From Dipteris shenzhenensis (Eukaryota), in NCBI GenBank assembly GCA_047967505.1, contig CM106538.1: 64,000 bases of DNA; one strand, given 5' to 3'. Each line of letters opens with the position of its first letter. Position 1 is the first letter of the stretch. The notes under the pieces were generated by a model. The model ran no database searches. It was given only the letters and a program-made list of their open reading frames with translations, and was not told the origin of the DNA. A program made the position numbers and the translations under genes. Positions 41,671-55,000 of this stretch are shown here, in pieces.

Positions 41671-44600
41671 TGTGTTGAAAATAATAAGATGGGACCACAA
41701 AGAAAAATACACGCAAAGATCAATGGGATAAGTGATGCAATAACAGGAATTGATGATATTAGTGACAATGATCATGATGTTACCACTCGAATACAAGGCA
41801 AAAGGGGCAGAGAATCTGAGAATATTGTTGCTAGCATGCCAGAGAATATAGATGGGAGAATCTTGAGTTACGAAGGAGAAACAGTTCAACCACAAAATTC
41901 AAGAGGCATTAGCAACAAATTGACATCAATGAACATGTCGACCAGATTGCCATTTCCAAGATATTATAAGGTATCAAATAATTCTCAAGCCTACACAGCA
42001 TTTGATTATAAAGATGAAGATTCAAGGGAAATGGATTCGAGGTTTGATGGTCTTACAACTAGAAAACGCAAGACACTATTTACAAAAAGAAAGTATGTGA
42101 GTGTGAAGAGGCGAAGAATCATGGCATCAATTCCAGAACCAAAGAGACATGTGATGCTATCCGAGGAGAATATGGAAAGGATGCTTATGCAAGTTTGTTG
42201 CAAGAGACTTTGCATTAGAAAAGTTGGGAAAGATGATTGTGCAGCCATACGCCTTGGTATTTGGAGTAAGACAGCGCCTAATAGACATAACTATCTTCTT
42301 CAAGAGTTTTCATGCTTTCTTCATCAAGGCACTAATCAAGATTTGAGCACAGGACACTGTAAACCTAGATTGAAACCCATGGTTAATGGGAGACCCATTT
42401 GCAATCGAGGATATCAATGGTTAACTGGACTATCACATGGCACATATTGGACCATCTAGGCAGAGGTGAAAGAAAAAGTTATTCATACAATTCATGGAAA
42501 TACGTACAAGCTTAAATGCCATGGAAGCACTATAAATGCAACCGCAACATTAAAGCAAGTTCTCGAAGACCATGCATTACCGCAGCCTCATCTTCAACAA
42601 ACAATGCTAGATGGATGTGTCGAATGCCAACAACATCTTCCTTTGGGAATGACAAAGAAGGTCGTCCTAGAGACTGTCAATAAAACTTTACAAGACAGAG
42701 ACGAGAGCATGATTTCACGATCAACCTTGTACAAAATTTGGCGTAGAGATTTTTGCCATGTCAAGACACCATCAAAGCAAAGGATGTCAAAATGTAAGAC
42801 ATGTGATGAATTAAAAAATGCCATTGAACATAGTAAATGTGAGCAGCAGCGAGGAAGATATATTAAATGGCGATCAATCCATTTACGTCATGTGTAGGAT
42901 GCTCGAAAGTTGTATGCTTCTTGGAGAGAGGAAGCTATTTCACATGTCAATAAGTCCATGTGCATCACCATTGATGGCATGGACCAGAATACAACCACTT
43001 TGCCATGATATAGACGTATCCCACCGGCATTGGAGGGCAAACGTGGACTAAAAACACACTTGTGTGGAGTATTAGTACATGGATACCGAATCTTTTGTGA
43101 TGTATGGATTGATAGTTTGCATGACCATGATAGTAACCAGGTTGTTACATCAATCATGAAAGCAATAAGAAAGGTCAGAGATGCTCGCAGATGTTTGCCT
43201 AACACATTGCGAATACAAGCTGATAATTGTTGGAGAGAGAACAAGAATAAATATATATTTGCTTTATGCTCTATGTTGGTTGGTCTGAAAATATTTGAAG
43301 AAGTGGAAGTTGGCTTTCTTCTTGTCGGCCATACACATGAAGACATAGATCAAATCTTCAGTGTTATCTCTGGTGAGTTGAAGGCAATGGATGTTTTGAC
43401 AATGGAGGATATGCTATTTCGAATTGGGAAAAAAATTGGAGGTTCTCGTAAGGAAGAATCAGAAGTGGCTATCTTAGAGAGGATGGTAGATTGGAGAGCA
43501 TTTATAGAGCCACATTTACAAACAGGAGATGATGCCCTAATAGGACACACAAATCCACACTACTTTCGGTTTTACATGCATAACAATATTCCAGTGATGC
43601 AATGGAAGCACTACTCAGTAGATGGAGATCATTTATGGAGTGAGTCATATGCTTTGTTACAACGAATAATTCCATTGGAGGAAACTAGATTTGTTCTTGC
43701 AAAAAACAAATCACTTGACATAGATGAAATGAAAGGCTTGAAAGCCTTCATTAAACATCTTCAAAGTATGATGCAGAAATATCCTGAGCAATCAACTAAG
43801 AATTTGGAGACAATTAAATCAACTAAAGCACTTATCCAATCTTTAGAAAGACAAGAAAACTTAATGAGCATTGAATACTCTGAATCCTTTTGGCCGGAAC
43901 AAGCTAGGTCACCAAGTTTTCCTTTGGATATAAATATGTTAGTAGATATGGAGGAAGCAGAGGAATGCCTTTTACCTCGAAAATATTGTGGCAGGAAGGG
44001 AGACAAACCCTTACCAGAGTTTATACCATGTAATGAGATTGAAGAGGGTCTATTTGTTGCAGTTTGGGCATGTGATCCGGGTTCAGAGTTGGATGACCAA
44101 GGTGGCCCAATTTGGGTTGCAAAGGTTACTAAGATAGAAAGGGATGACAAGGAAACTCCTATAACATTTACAGCTTTATGGTATGAACCAAAGCCATTAA
44201 AAAATCTCCCGAGAAGATATACAATAAAACAACTCTATGAGGGATGCTTGCAAAAGAAACGTGAATGGGTTCCAAATAATGAGGGATTAACAGAGGTGGA
44301 AGTCAGTAGCATTATTCATTGCTGGAAATCGAGGACACGAAGTTTTAAAAAGAAGCATGGATACAATGTTGAAAAATGTATCACAATCCTTGATCCAAGT
44401 CGTGTCCATATTAAACATCATTTGGCAAGACTTGACCCATCAAGCTCAAATACATTACATGAGTCTGATGACTCTGAACGAGATTCAGATGCATAAGATA
44501 ATGTTTTGTATGCTTTTTTCCATACAAATGGTGTATCTATACACCACCAATAACGAGATTCAGATGCATAAGATAATGTTTTGTATGCTTTTTTCCATAC

Positions 44601-45093
44601 AAATGGTGTATCTATACACCACCAATAAGATAATTTATTGTATGGTTTGTTTTTTAAAAAAGGGTGTATCTATACACCACTTATGTATTGAATTCAACAA
44701 ACTCTTTTTTTTTTTTTTAATGGTGTATCTATACACCACTTATATGTTGAATTCAACAAACTCTTTTCATATGGTGTCATATTTTCACTTCATAGTGTTA
44801 AAATTGAACTTGAGTTAGGAGACTACTATTATTATTATTATAGCTATTGGATGGAGGCACCATGCATGAGTTTGGGAATTATAGCTTCAGCGAGCCATTT
44901 TTTTTAAAATTAGAGGTTACCACTTGACTTTTTACTAGCTTAATAAGGCCATATTTGTATATAAGTGACCCATTAAGTGCTCAAAAAACCCAATTTTTTA
45001 GCTCACTAAGTGAAGTTGAGTGGAAAGGATATGCTCCAAAAAAAAGTCCAAACCAAGAGAGAAAGTCCAAAAATTTTGAATAGTGTGTTATGG

Positions 45094-45810
45094 GTACTCT
45101 TCAACACTTAGCACCACTTAGATCATGCTACTATAATGTATGCTTTCAAGGTATGTAGAAGATGTGTTCTAACAAAGCACCCCTTTCATGTTGGGAACAT
45201 ATCACACTAGTTCCATCAAGTGATTGTCATGTTTATGATCCTTCAATCAAAGATGCAACATATCAAGTTCACCATGATGTGTTGTGCGATGCTCTTGAAA
45301 TTTGTGATTTTGTTGTGATCCTTCAAGCGATTGTGATGTTGGTGATCCTTCAAAGTTTAAGCAAAGATGTAGCATACAAAGTTCACCATAATACATTGAG
45401 CAATGCTCTTGATATAGGAGACAAGATTTTGTGGTAAGTGATGAGGTTCAAAATATTGATGAGCATGCTAGTTTTACTCCATCTAAAGTGCACTATTGTC
45501 AAGCATATGACAAATCATCTTTTAAAGAATGGATGGAATAATGTTATTGAACGAAATTCACACTTTGAGAAAGGGTTATACTACCAAGAATTAAGAGATT
45601 TGATGTTCAAATTGCTTGATCAAATCCTAAAGGATCTAGATACTCAAATCAATGGCATTTAATGCTACAAAGTTTCAGATGGAGGTTGTTGAAGGTGATA
45701 GTGTAGTATTCAAGATTTTTGAAATTGGACGTGAGGCTACATGGATGAGATGGTTTGTGACAAATCTTGGAGTATACAGATTTCATGCTAGATCTTAGAG
45801 TAGTCTGAGG
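45094..45810 (+). pseudogene. Sola2-like transposase relic, 3' part
   Basis: Continues the frame interrupted at the ATGG TSD; degenerate, with an internal duplication. Confidence 0.55.
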
Positions 45811-48800
45811 ATGATCCCATGATGATATTTTTTTATGATCAAATTTCCATTACATTGGAAAGAACCCAAGGATTCAACATCAAAACATTATGGAATTGGG
45901 ATTGTAAACTATTTCTTGGAGAACACACTAGACGTATCCTAAAACCCTTGCCTTGTGAGAACATTGAAACTTTCTTTGTATGATGTACACCATTGAGTGA
46001 TGAGGGAGTGTTGATGTTTGGTCTTTCATGTGTGTGAACCAGGCCTCAAATTTGAAGCCTTTAAGACCCTTCTGAGCCCATTTTGCCCTTCAGAGAAGGA
46101 GTGTAAAAAAATTTAGCTATCAAAAGAAGAGGGATCTTCAATTTAACACTTCATGGCAAGAAGAGTGACTAAATCATGAGATTATCAAAAGAAGGGCTAA
46201 GGGTCCAATGGTCCTTGTAATAAATCATATTATTATCCAAATTATTATCCAAGGCTGAGGGTCCAATGGACCTTCTAATAAATCTTATTATTATCCTAAT
46301 TTCTCATAACATTATCTCTTAGGACTTCCTCCTCACCTTGGATCCTCCTCCTCGCCTTGGATCCTCCTCAGCCCTGACTTCTGAGGCTCTCTTCCTCCCT
46401 CTTCTCACTTTTCTTCCTCCTCCTTCTCACTTTTGTGAGTTCTCTACTCTCGACTCTCTCCTGAGGTCCTCTCTCCTTTCAACTCTCCTTGCATGCATTT
46501 CCTTTTAGCTCTGAGTTCTCTACTCTCGACTCTCCTTGCATGTTACTTGTGCTCGTGGCTTAACTTTTGTGAGTTCTCGAATTTGTCCTAAGTGGTACGA
46601 AAAGTCATTTGACGATCCAATTCGAGGGTTCGGTGCCAATGCTTTTTCTTCAAAGAAATGTAGTTATTCGAGTTTGAAAGGCACCAAGTCACAATCAAGT
46701 CTTACAACTACAAAAGGTTTCTTCTTCAGTGCACGGCCGGGCGCATCAGAAGCAAAAAGTACCCACACTGGAGGTGCCATGACGCAAATGCAACAGAGGC
46801 CTCCGCATCTATTGTTTCTTTCGATATTGTGGGATCTGGCCCAACAATAGACAATTCCACAGCTTCATCTGGAGGGGGGGCGCCTTCAGCTCTATGCATT
46901 CTAGTTGACATCAGCCATCGCTTAACTGAAACCGGACTCGAGGTTGTAAAATCTATCGATAGAGCTGACGTCCAAAGCATTATTAGTCCCATCGAGAGCT
47001 TGTAGCTCAAACCTCAAGCTCCTAAACCACCGAAAGGGGCCCTGCTTGAGCATTTGGAAGTTGGCATAGTTAGCATTCCAACACCATATACCTCCTCATC
47101 TTTAGAAATATCTGGGACAAATTCTAACTCCCTCCCTAGCTCCTCTGCCTCCATCGTCCTCTCCAACTCCTCCCTCAGTTCCTTGCTCTTCCCTTTCCAT
47201 CCATCAATGTGAAGTCTCAAAAATCAAGATCTCAAGACTTGTGGTCCATCGAGACTTGAACTTTGAAGTGCTCCTTGGCACTTGTGGCTATAGCTACTGG
47301 CAGATGGAGGAAGTCGAGAGTCGAGATCGGTGCAGGACAACACCGCATGAAGGTGAAAACACCTTTGAATCTCTACCATCCAGCCTAATGTCTACCTATC
47401 TGAATTATGTGAGGGTTGCTCCTCTGTCCCTACTCCTATCGTTGTAGTCCATCATGTCTTTGTGGCTGGCTTATGCCTACCATCCTCTCGATAGCACGAG
47501 TAAGCCGTTGTATTTGTTTGGATTTCTTTGTTTTTGGCAGAGTCGTTGGAGGCTATGTTTGTTCAATCATTTCAATTAAGCCATTGCCTATGAGATCTGT
47601 GTCGGTTACCTGGGTCAGATGGCTGTCGAGAGCATCGTTGCTGCATTTCTTCACTTGTGTTAGGGTCGACTGCAGTCTGCTAGATGTAGTCTTGTTATTT
47701 GTTTCTAGAGTCGTTTCCTCTTGGGGCTCTATTGCAGGCTTGTCTTGTGTGATGTTGAGTGTCAGGTTGACTGTCGTGTAGTTTGGGCCTTATAAACTGC
47801 TTGAGTTGAGCTGCTGCTACTATAGGTCATTTATAATTGATGCTTGAATAGTCGTTTGGCTATCTGTTGGTGGCGAGTCTTTCTTGCACGATTGGCAAGC
47901 TTGAGCCTTGAGGCTTGAATCATATATTACAATGATTCAATCATTTCTTGCTGCTTGCAGAGAAGCGGGTGATGGATGCTGTGTGCAGGTTGAAAGACTA
48001 AAGTTGAATGGTGGAACAGTGCCCAATGAACTCTGGTGCCTGGAGCAATGGAGACTGGCGATGACTCGTGAGGCAGCAAGCTTGCTTTAGAAGTCCAAGA
48101 CTTGATATTGGAGGTACTTGGTCACTATTTTTACATCATAGTAATGAAAACATCTAGCAGCCTCTCTCTTCCCTTGCAACTATGGAGATTTGGCACTTTC
48201 CATTTCCTCCTAGCCACATTTCCCTGGCCTTCTTGCACAACGATGAATATTTGGCATGCAAAACCGTGCATGATTTTCTTCTCTCCTTCAATTTGCTTTC
48301 ATCTTACTCTCCATACATGATAGGCCACTGTAGATGTTTGCGTAGGTATTTGCAACAGCAATAATATTGAGAAGCTCAAATATATGCGGCTTTTTGGGAC
48401 AATGAAATATGTTTCCTCTATGTCGGCTTTGTAAACCGTGAGTTTTTTTCCCTTGAGAGCTACTCTACCTTGCCATCTTTATTCCTTTACCTCCTGTCCT
48501 ACCCAATTTGTTCAGATTTTTCTTTTTCCTTTGTACCTCCACATTTGGATTTGGAGAGCTAGCAGCCCCTGAGCTTGGGTGCAGCACGTCAAAAATTGGA
48601 TTAGTCAAATTAGGAAGGATGACAAGCCATGCTCAAATACAAAAGAGGTGGATTAAGGCATGCTTCCATGCTTGAAGTGCTGATCTGAGACCTCCACAGT
48701 CGCTCATCTCTATTTAAGGCTCCTTTGAGCTCAGGTTTCTGACATAACAGATGGGAAAGAGCCTATTGTACTAAGCTATACTTCTTATGTGCAAACCAAG

Positions 48801-49399
48801 TATAAATTTTCTTTACCTACTCTTCAGCCATCTTGCTTGGAAAGCTGCAAATTGTTGAGTGGGTTCCCCCCCTTGGTCTACCCTCTCTGAACATATCAGG
48901 AATTCCTCCTTTGTTCCTTAGTTTATTTGTCCTCAGATTTTTGTTGTATCCCCCTACTTTTGAGAAAGCTGGGGATTTTGGTAAGGCCAGAGAAACTTTG
49001 GCATTGTCCGTGGGCTCTAAGAAGGCTAGCCACAACTGAAACACTAAGGATCCTTCTTCTCCTATAAGAACTAACTAAACATGTTACGGTCACTAAGCTT
49101 TTATAAATAACTAAGGTAACAAAACACATGTTACGGTCACTAAGCTTCTATAAATTTGATATGCAAGAGAGTAGGAAGGTCCTCCAGAAGCTTGGAGGGC
49201 CTCCTCCAAGACCCTCCCTCTTTTCAAATGCAATGATGACTTAAGCTACCACCTCATCTTTTGGAAGATGAGGATGATTGTTGGAGCATATAGCATGCAA
49301 CAAATAATATCATGTTTCTATATGCCTATGCTTCTTTAGTCTATGCTTCTATGCTATTTATGCTTTATGCTTTAATATTTGTCTTAGTATGTATTAAGC

Positions 49400-50085
49400 A
49401 ATCAAGTCATGCAATGTATAGTATGTAAGCAATCTAGCCTCGGGAGCACTCCAGTCTCTTGACATGGTCTGCAATTCCCCTGGTAGAATTCTTACAGAAT
49501 CAAGTCATGCAATGTATGGTCTGTAAGCAATCTAGCCTCGGGAGCACTCCGGTCTCTTAACATGGTCTGCAATTCCCCTGGCAGAATGCTTATAGAATCA
49601 AGTCATGTAATGTATAGTATGTAAGCAATCTAACCTCGGGAGCACTCCGATCTCTTGACACGGTCTGCAATTCCCTTGGTAGAATGCTTACAGAATCAAG
49701 TCATGCAATGTATAGTCTGTAAGCAATCTAGCCTCGAGAGCACTCCGGTCTCTTGACACGGTTTGCTATTCCCCTGGTAGAATGCTTATAGAATCAAGTC
49801 GTGCAATGTATAGTATGTAAGTGATCTAGTCTCGGGAGCACTTCGATCTCTTGACACGGTCTACAATTCCCCTGGCAAGATGCTTAGAGAATCAAGTCGT
49901 GCAATGTATAGTATGTAAGCAATCTAGCCTTGGGAGCACTCCGGTCTGTTGACATGGTCTACAATTCCCCTGGTAGAATGCTTAGAGAATCAAGTCATGC
50001 AATGTATAATATTTAAGCAATCTAGCCTCGAGAGCACTTTGGTCTCTTGACATGGTCTGCAATTCCCTTGGAAGAATGCTTAGAA
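49400..50085. repeat. Tandem repeat, 98-bp unit x 7
   Basis: AATCAAGTC(A/G)TG(C/T)AATGTAT starts at 49400, 49498, 49596, 49694 and onward at 98-bp spacing. Confidence 0.95.
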
Positions 50086-50168
50086 AATCAAGTCAATAAT
50101 TGGAAATACATCTACATGCTCACAAGAATCAAACCGTTTAGTTGTGTGTGAGAGAGAGAGGAAGGGAT

Positions 50169-50224
<56 letters not shown>

Positions 50225-50226
<2 letters not shown>

Positions 50227-51643
50227 GAATCTCACAAAAGCAACTAATTTTATTTTATGTGCAGAAGGTAACATGGACAAGATGAAGAGTCATAAAAAAT
50301 GTGTGTTATATGAATATAGATTCAAGGAAGGAATGCGAAAAATATTCTCGAAGTGTTTGCATGAGCTTGTTATCAAAAACGCAAGAAGATTTGGAAAAGT
50401 ATTTTGACTTAGGGGAAAGAGGGATGGATAAGCTTTGTGTGGATCTTTCCTCTGATGTCGTTACCATGATGAAGAATGAAGATCCACAATGGAATATGCA
50501 ATATGAATTTCAAGATAATTTTTGTGTGAGTATTCGCATAGAACTAGGGAGAGTTAAAAGTGTCTATGAAAAGCGAACAAGCACATTCAATCCCAGAGAT
50601 ACAAATAATAAAGAAGAGTTGATTGATTGGTTTTCCTTAAAGTGGAAGGTAGTTATGAGTTCAAAGAGGGAAGCATTCAATGCTAGTTCTTCAAAAGAAT
50701 GTGTCAATCCCACAAGATTGAAGATGGCTTTTTTTTTTTTTTTAAGAAGCAACAAATTCATGTATAAGAGAAAGATTATGTGCTAGGTGAAGGCTCATAT
50801 GGAAGAGTGGTGAAAGGTAACATCATTGGTGTAGACTGCTTTGATCCAAAAGAGACCTTTGCCATTAAGAAACTTAAGGTATCTCAAAAGCCAAGTGAAA
50901 GGGAAGAGAGAAGGTCCATGAGAGAGTTAATGGCAAATATGGAAACAACGCAAGCCCAATTACCTCATAGAGGACTTGTTCGCACGATTGCTCGTGTGAT
51001 AAATCCTCCAAGATTGGTATACCAGTATTGGAATGGGGAGACATTGGACAAATGGTCGAGGTTAAATGCTATGAACTCAGTCTATGTGGGAGAGGAGCTA
51101 GACCATTTATTTTGTGTCTGTACTCATGCCGTAAATCTAGCTGGTACTTTGATGGGGACGTTAAAATACATGCATGGAAAAGATCGTTTGCATAATGACT
51201 TGCATCCTTCGAACATTATGCTTCACTTTGATAGTGAGTCTGATAAGGTCTTCATAGGAATTATCGATTGCGGATTAAACAAGAGTGATAAATATGTCAA
51301 TAATGGCAAGGATCAATGTGACCCTCAATTCAAAGAGCAATGCATGCGAAGAAAGTGGTTGGCTCCTGAGTTGTATACTTTTCCATATGCAAAGATTTCC
51401 AAGGAAACTGATATTTATGCTACAACCTTTTCATTGGAAAAGTTGTATCAGCTAGCTTACAAGTACTTTGTTCACATTCAAGATCCAACCAAGTTGAATC
51501 ACTTAAAGCATTGGTGGAAGAGAATAGAGGAAATGAGAAATCCTATTCCTAAAGCTAGACCTACTGCAACAGATGTTACTCATACATTTGAAGTTATATT
51601 CAAAGTCACATGTGAAAGTGCATTACAACATGATGCATTGTAA
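50225..51643 (+). pseudogene. Intronless protein kinase; kinase domain open (50780-51643), N-terminal region frameshifted
   Basis: GEGSYGRV, AIKKL, HNDLHPSNIML, IIDCGL, WLAPE and DIYA motifs. Upstream ORFs 50225-50407 and 50301-50786 are out of frame, with a long T run at about 50730. Confidence 0.85.
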
Positions 51644-52045
51644 CCTTTTGTAGCACTATAGTTTCTAAATAATATTCCAAAGATTGATGGTTTTCTTTCT
51701 AGTACATGATCTATTTATGTATATAAAAAACATGTCAACTTTTTCAATTTATTCTTTCAAATGACTCGTTAATAATGTTTATGTAATATTTGTGTTGATA
51801 CAAGCAAGAATTAGAAGGTCTATAGTTATTTGTTTTGATATAGTATTTGTGAAATACTTTATTTTTCTCTCTTCTTGAGCTTGAATATTGATCTTCAATA
51901 AATGCAATTAGCTCATTAATTTGTTTGGCCATGGTTTTGACATAGTGGGCACTCAATATCCATCTCTTTTTTCATTAGTGATTTAGACTATGGCATACCA
52001 TTTAGAATTTAAAAGTTATGAGTTTATTTATATTTTTCTCTTATT

Positions 52046-55000
52046 TTGATTAGGTATACTATTGATCATATCATGGCTTCAAAGACTCACATAAAGGTGT
52101 TTGACTATGGATCATCTGAGAAGAAGCTTTTGGGATGTGTTAGAGTGCTTGGCGACTCTACCTATAGCATGATATGTAAGGAGATTATGCAAGATGGAAT
52201 CATTAATGTTCCTTTTCATTTTGTTATCAAAGATGACAATGATGATGAAGGTTGCATACTAAATACAACACAAGAAGAACGTTGGAATGTTGAAGAGGAT
52301 AGGTGTGTTGGTATAAAGAGGGCTCTAAGTACGATTGTCGATGAGATCACACCATCAAAACTGTGTTTGCAGAACATCAGATAATATTCATAAAGAAGTT
52401 GATATTGTAAATGTTGATGAAGGAGGTGAGCATGTTTCTTGTAATCATGGTTTAAACATGCACAAAAGTAAACTTTTAGCAACGTCTATTTTTGAATATT
52501 GGGATAGGCCTTGTGAAAAAGTTCGCAAAAAATTGAGGCAGCATAAGACACCTAGAGATGATAAATTTGAGCTCCTCATAGAGGATCTTAATGGAAAGCC
52601 TAAAGTTTGAATTTGGTGTGAAGAATGTGGAATGCCATATGGATTAGGGTCCATTGAAGGCAAGCAATCAGCTTACACTTGCTTGTCTAATTTTCTAAGA
52701 ACCCATATTCTAGAAAGCCAGAAATATCAAAAAAGATATGCTGCCAATCGAGGATTTATCACTAAAGAAGCATCTCTTCGAAAAGATAGCATGAAGGACA
52801 CTCAGGATGATGCTGATGATGCAACAATAATTCTTGATGCTATTGAGGAAATGCACAGTTTCAATAATTCTCATGAAGGTAATCTCCACTAGAAGCATTT
52901 AGAGATGACAAGAGTCTTTCTTTTGTTAGAATTTTCATAAATATGGGTCAAAAAAATATTCTTCTGAAATTTTTCATTATCGAGTATGTTGCAGGAGCAA
53001 AGTTTGAGATAGTTGAAGCAACTTTGAATGACTACAAGGATAAAAATGCTATAAGAGTGGCATGTGGATATGATGGATAATGGTTGTTTTTGTGCCCTCG
53101 AGGTTCAGATCTACAAACAATTTTATCAAAACATATCAAAGGAAAAGCTCACATCACTTCTTCCAGTAAGAAATCAATGGAGCCATGTCCAGTATTATCA
53201 AGGGTTGTTGGGCGACCTAGGAAGCATTTTGATAAAGATCCATGACAAATATCATTAGGAAGGTTCCTTGTACAAATAAAGGAGTTTAAAGTGTTGCAAC
53301 CAAAATGTGGTGAGACAGAACCTCTTTCTGATTCCTTGACTGAGTCATTCTTATCTTCATCATCAAATATAAATTTGTTATGCTGGGGATTATGGCAAGC
53401 TCATGTTCATGTCAATGGTTGTGAAATTAATATTAAGTCATTTTTTATGGATCAAAAGATGGGGCATGAATGGTTTTGTGAACCATATACAAAGGCCACT
53501 TTACATGGTGGGAATATGGAATACAAGATAGATGGATGCTTCAGGCACATAAATTGTCTTCGTATATCAATCATTGGAGATCCATTTCAAGGTTTCTCAT
53601 GTGAACACTGTAAGAAAATTTTAGGTTGTTCTGATTTTTGTATGAGATTATATAGGGAGAATCTTGCCGTTTAGAAGAGAGGAACCAGGAAAAGAGACAA
53701 AGGAAGGCAGGTAGACTACCTGACAATTGAAGAGCTAAAAAATGCCACTTTTGAGTGTAGGAAAAGTTTGAATGAAGAAAAAAGAAGGCTGTGGTGGGCA
53801 ACATCAAAAATTGTAATGCTGTCAGTCAGAGTCAAAACTTTGAAAGAATCAAGTTTTGAATGTATAAATAGGAAAGATGTTCAATGCTTTTGTAACAACA
53901 TAATTGAAGCTCATAGACAAGGAAAGTTTGGTGGAAAATCAGCCTTGTGGGAGTTTTTTCAAGAAGTGGCACAAAACATGTTACGGTCAAAGTAAGGACA
54001 CAGGTTTAGTGACTCTACAAAAACCATATATGAAGTTATTAAGCTATGGGGTGGTCCACGTCTACATGACTTCTTGAGTATAAACCTTGGAGGTCCATCT
54101 TTGTCTACCACCAAAAGGCAAGGAAGAAAAGCAATTGAATTTATTTGTGGTGAGCACGAATACATATTCAATGCTGTTGGGAAGATCTATATGGATGCAA
54201 AAAAAAGATATGGAGTCATTTCTATAGTTCCAGTTATCATAGTGGAAGATGAGACAACCATTAAGCATCGAATAAGGTAATTTTAGCTCTGTATGCATTC
54301 TACTTTTATCTATATCATCAAGATATTTATAATTGCTATGTTTGGAAATCTCTCAAAAAGATGAGGAAGTTATTAAACTCTATAATCGTGTTGTGTAGAT
54401 GGAATGCAAAAGATGACACTCTTATTGGGTTTTGTGGAAAGAAAGGAGAATATCATCAATGCTCATCAAATGACTCCATTGTTGTTGGTGAAGGCTCACA
54501 AGGATACTCGAATATTATAGATGCCTTTCAAAATCATATCATAGGTCATTATGCTAGATTTCAATGATTGTTAATCCTCTTCATGATCTTCTTCCACGAT
54601 TGGCTTTGATTGTGCATTGCACATGCAATCGTTTTGGTATTGATTTTGTAAGGAACCAATGGAATCTTTTGGAGACCATGTGGAATGCAAACCTGAAAGA
54701 TAAAGTTGGACCCATAATTGGACATGCTTCAGATGGAGATAGTAGAAGATGAAAGTTGATGCTTGAAGACTATTTGGAGAAAAGCGAACAACCTTTTGCT
54801 ATCAATTGGTGTGGATGGAATTTGAGAGCAAAAATTGTAGGAGGAAATGTGTATGGCCTTCATGATCAAGACTTTGTACACTGTGGAAAGAAACTTACAA
54901 GCCCACTTGATAGTCCTACTCGACAACTAGCAATTGGATGTGTTTGGATCACACTAAATCATGTATCTATTATTTACAATTCTTTTTCAATTGAGGAGCA

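Larger units (their letters stand above)
36913..44496 (+). pseudogene. Sola1-like (DUF7869-type) DDD transposase, about 1270 codons, three in-frame stops
   Basis: 40723-44496 is a single frame broken by TAG 42457, TAG 42895 and TGA 43006. Motifs ITIDGMDQ, QADNCWRENKN, FLLVGHTHEDIDQIFS and the Cys motif CKTCD. Predicted exon 1 MMQE (36913-36924, GAG|GTGAGT) splices in phase 0 to CAG|GTATTC at 40702. Confidence 0.85.
30294..45089. mobile_element. 14.8-kb Sola-like DDD DNA transposon with two divergent genes
   Basis: Perfect 27-bp TIRs AACACACTATTCAAAATTTTTGGACTT (30294-30320; complement at 45063-45089) and 4-bp TSD ATGG (30290-30293, 45090-45093). Removing the element rejoins an LHFVNG/YSST reading frame. 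Confidence 0.92.

Noticed and set aside
30294-45089. CACTA classification, since CACTA...TAGTG lies within the TIRs
   Set aside because: The inverted match extends 4 bp beyond CACTA, the TSD is 4 bp rather than 3, and the transposase motifs are Sola-like.
46270-49400. Possible LTR-retrotransposon internal region
   Set aside because: It looks like decayed retroelement sequence, but I could not identify diagnostic motifs or LTR boundaries.
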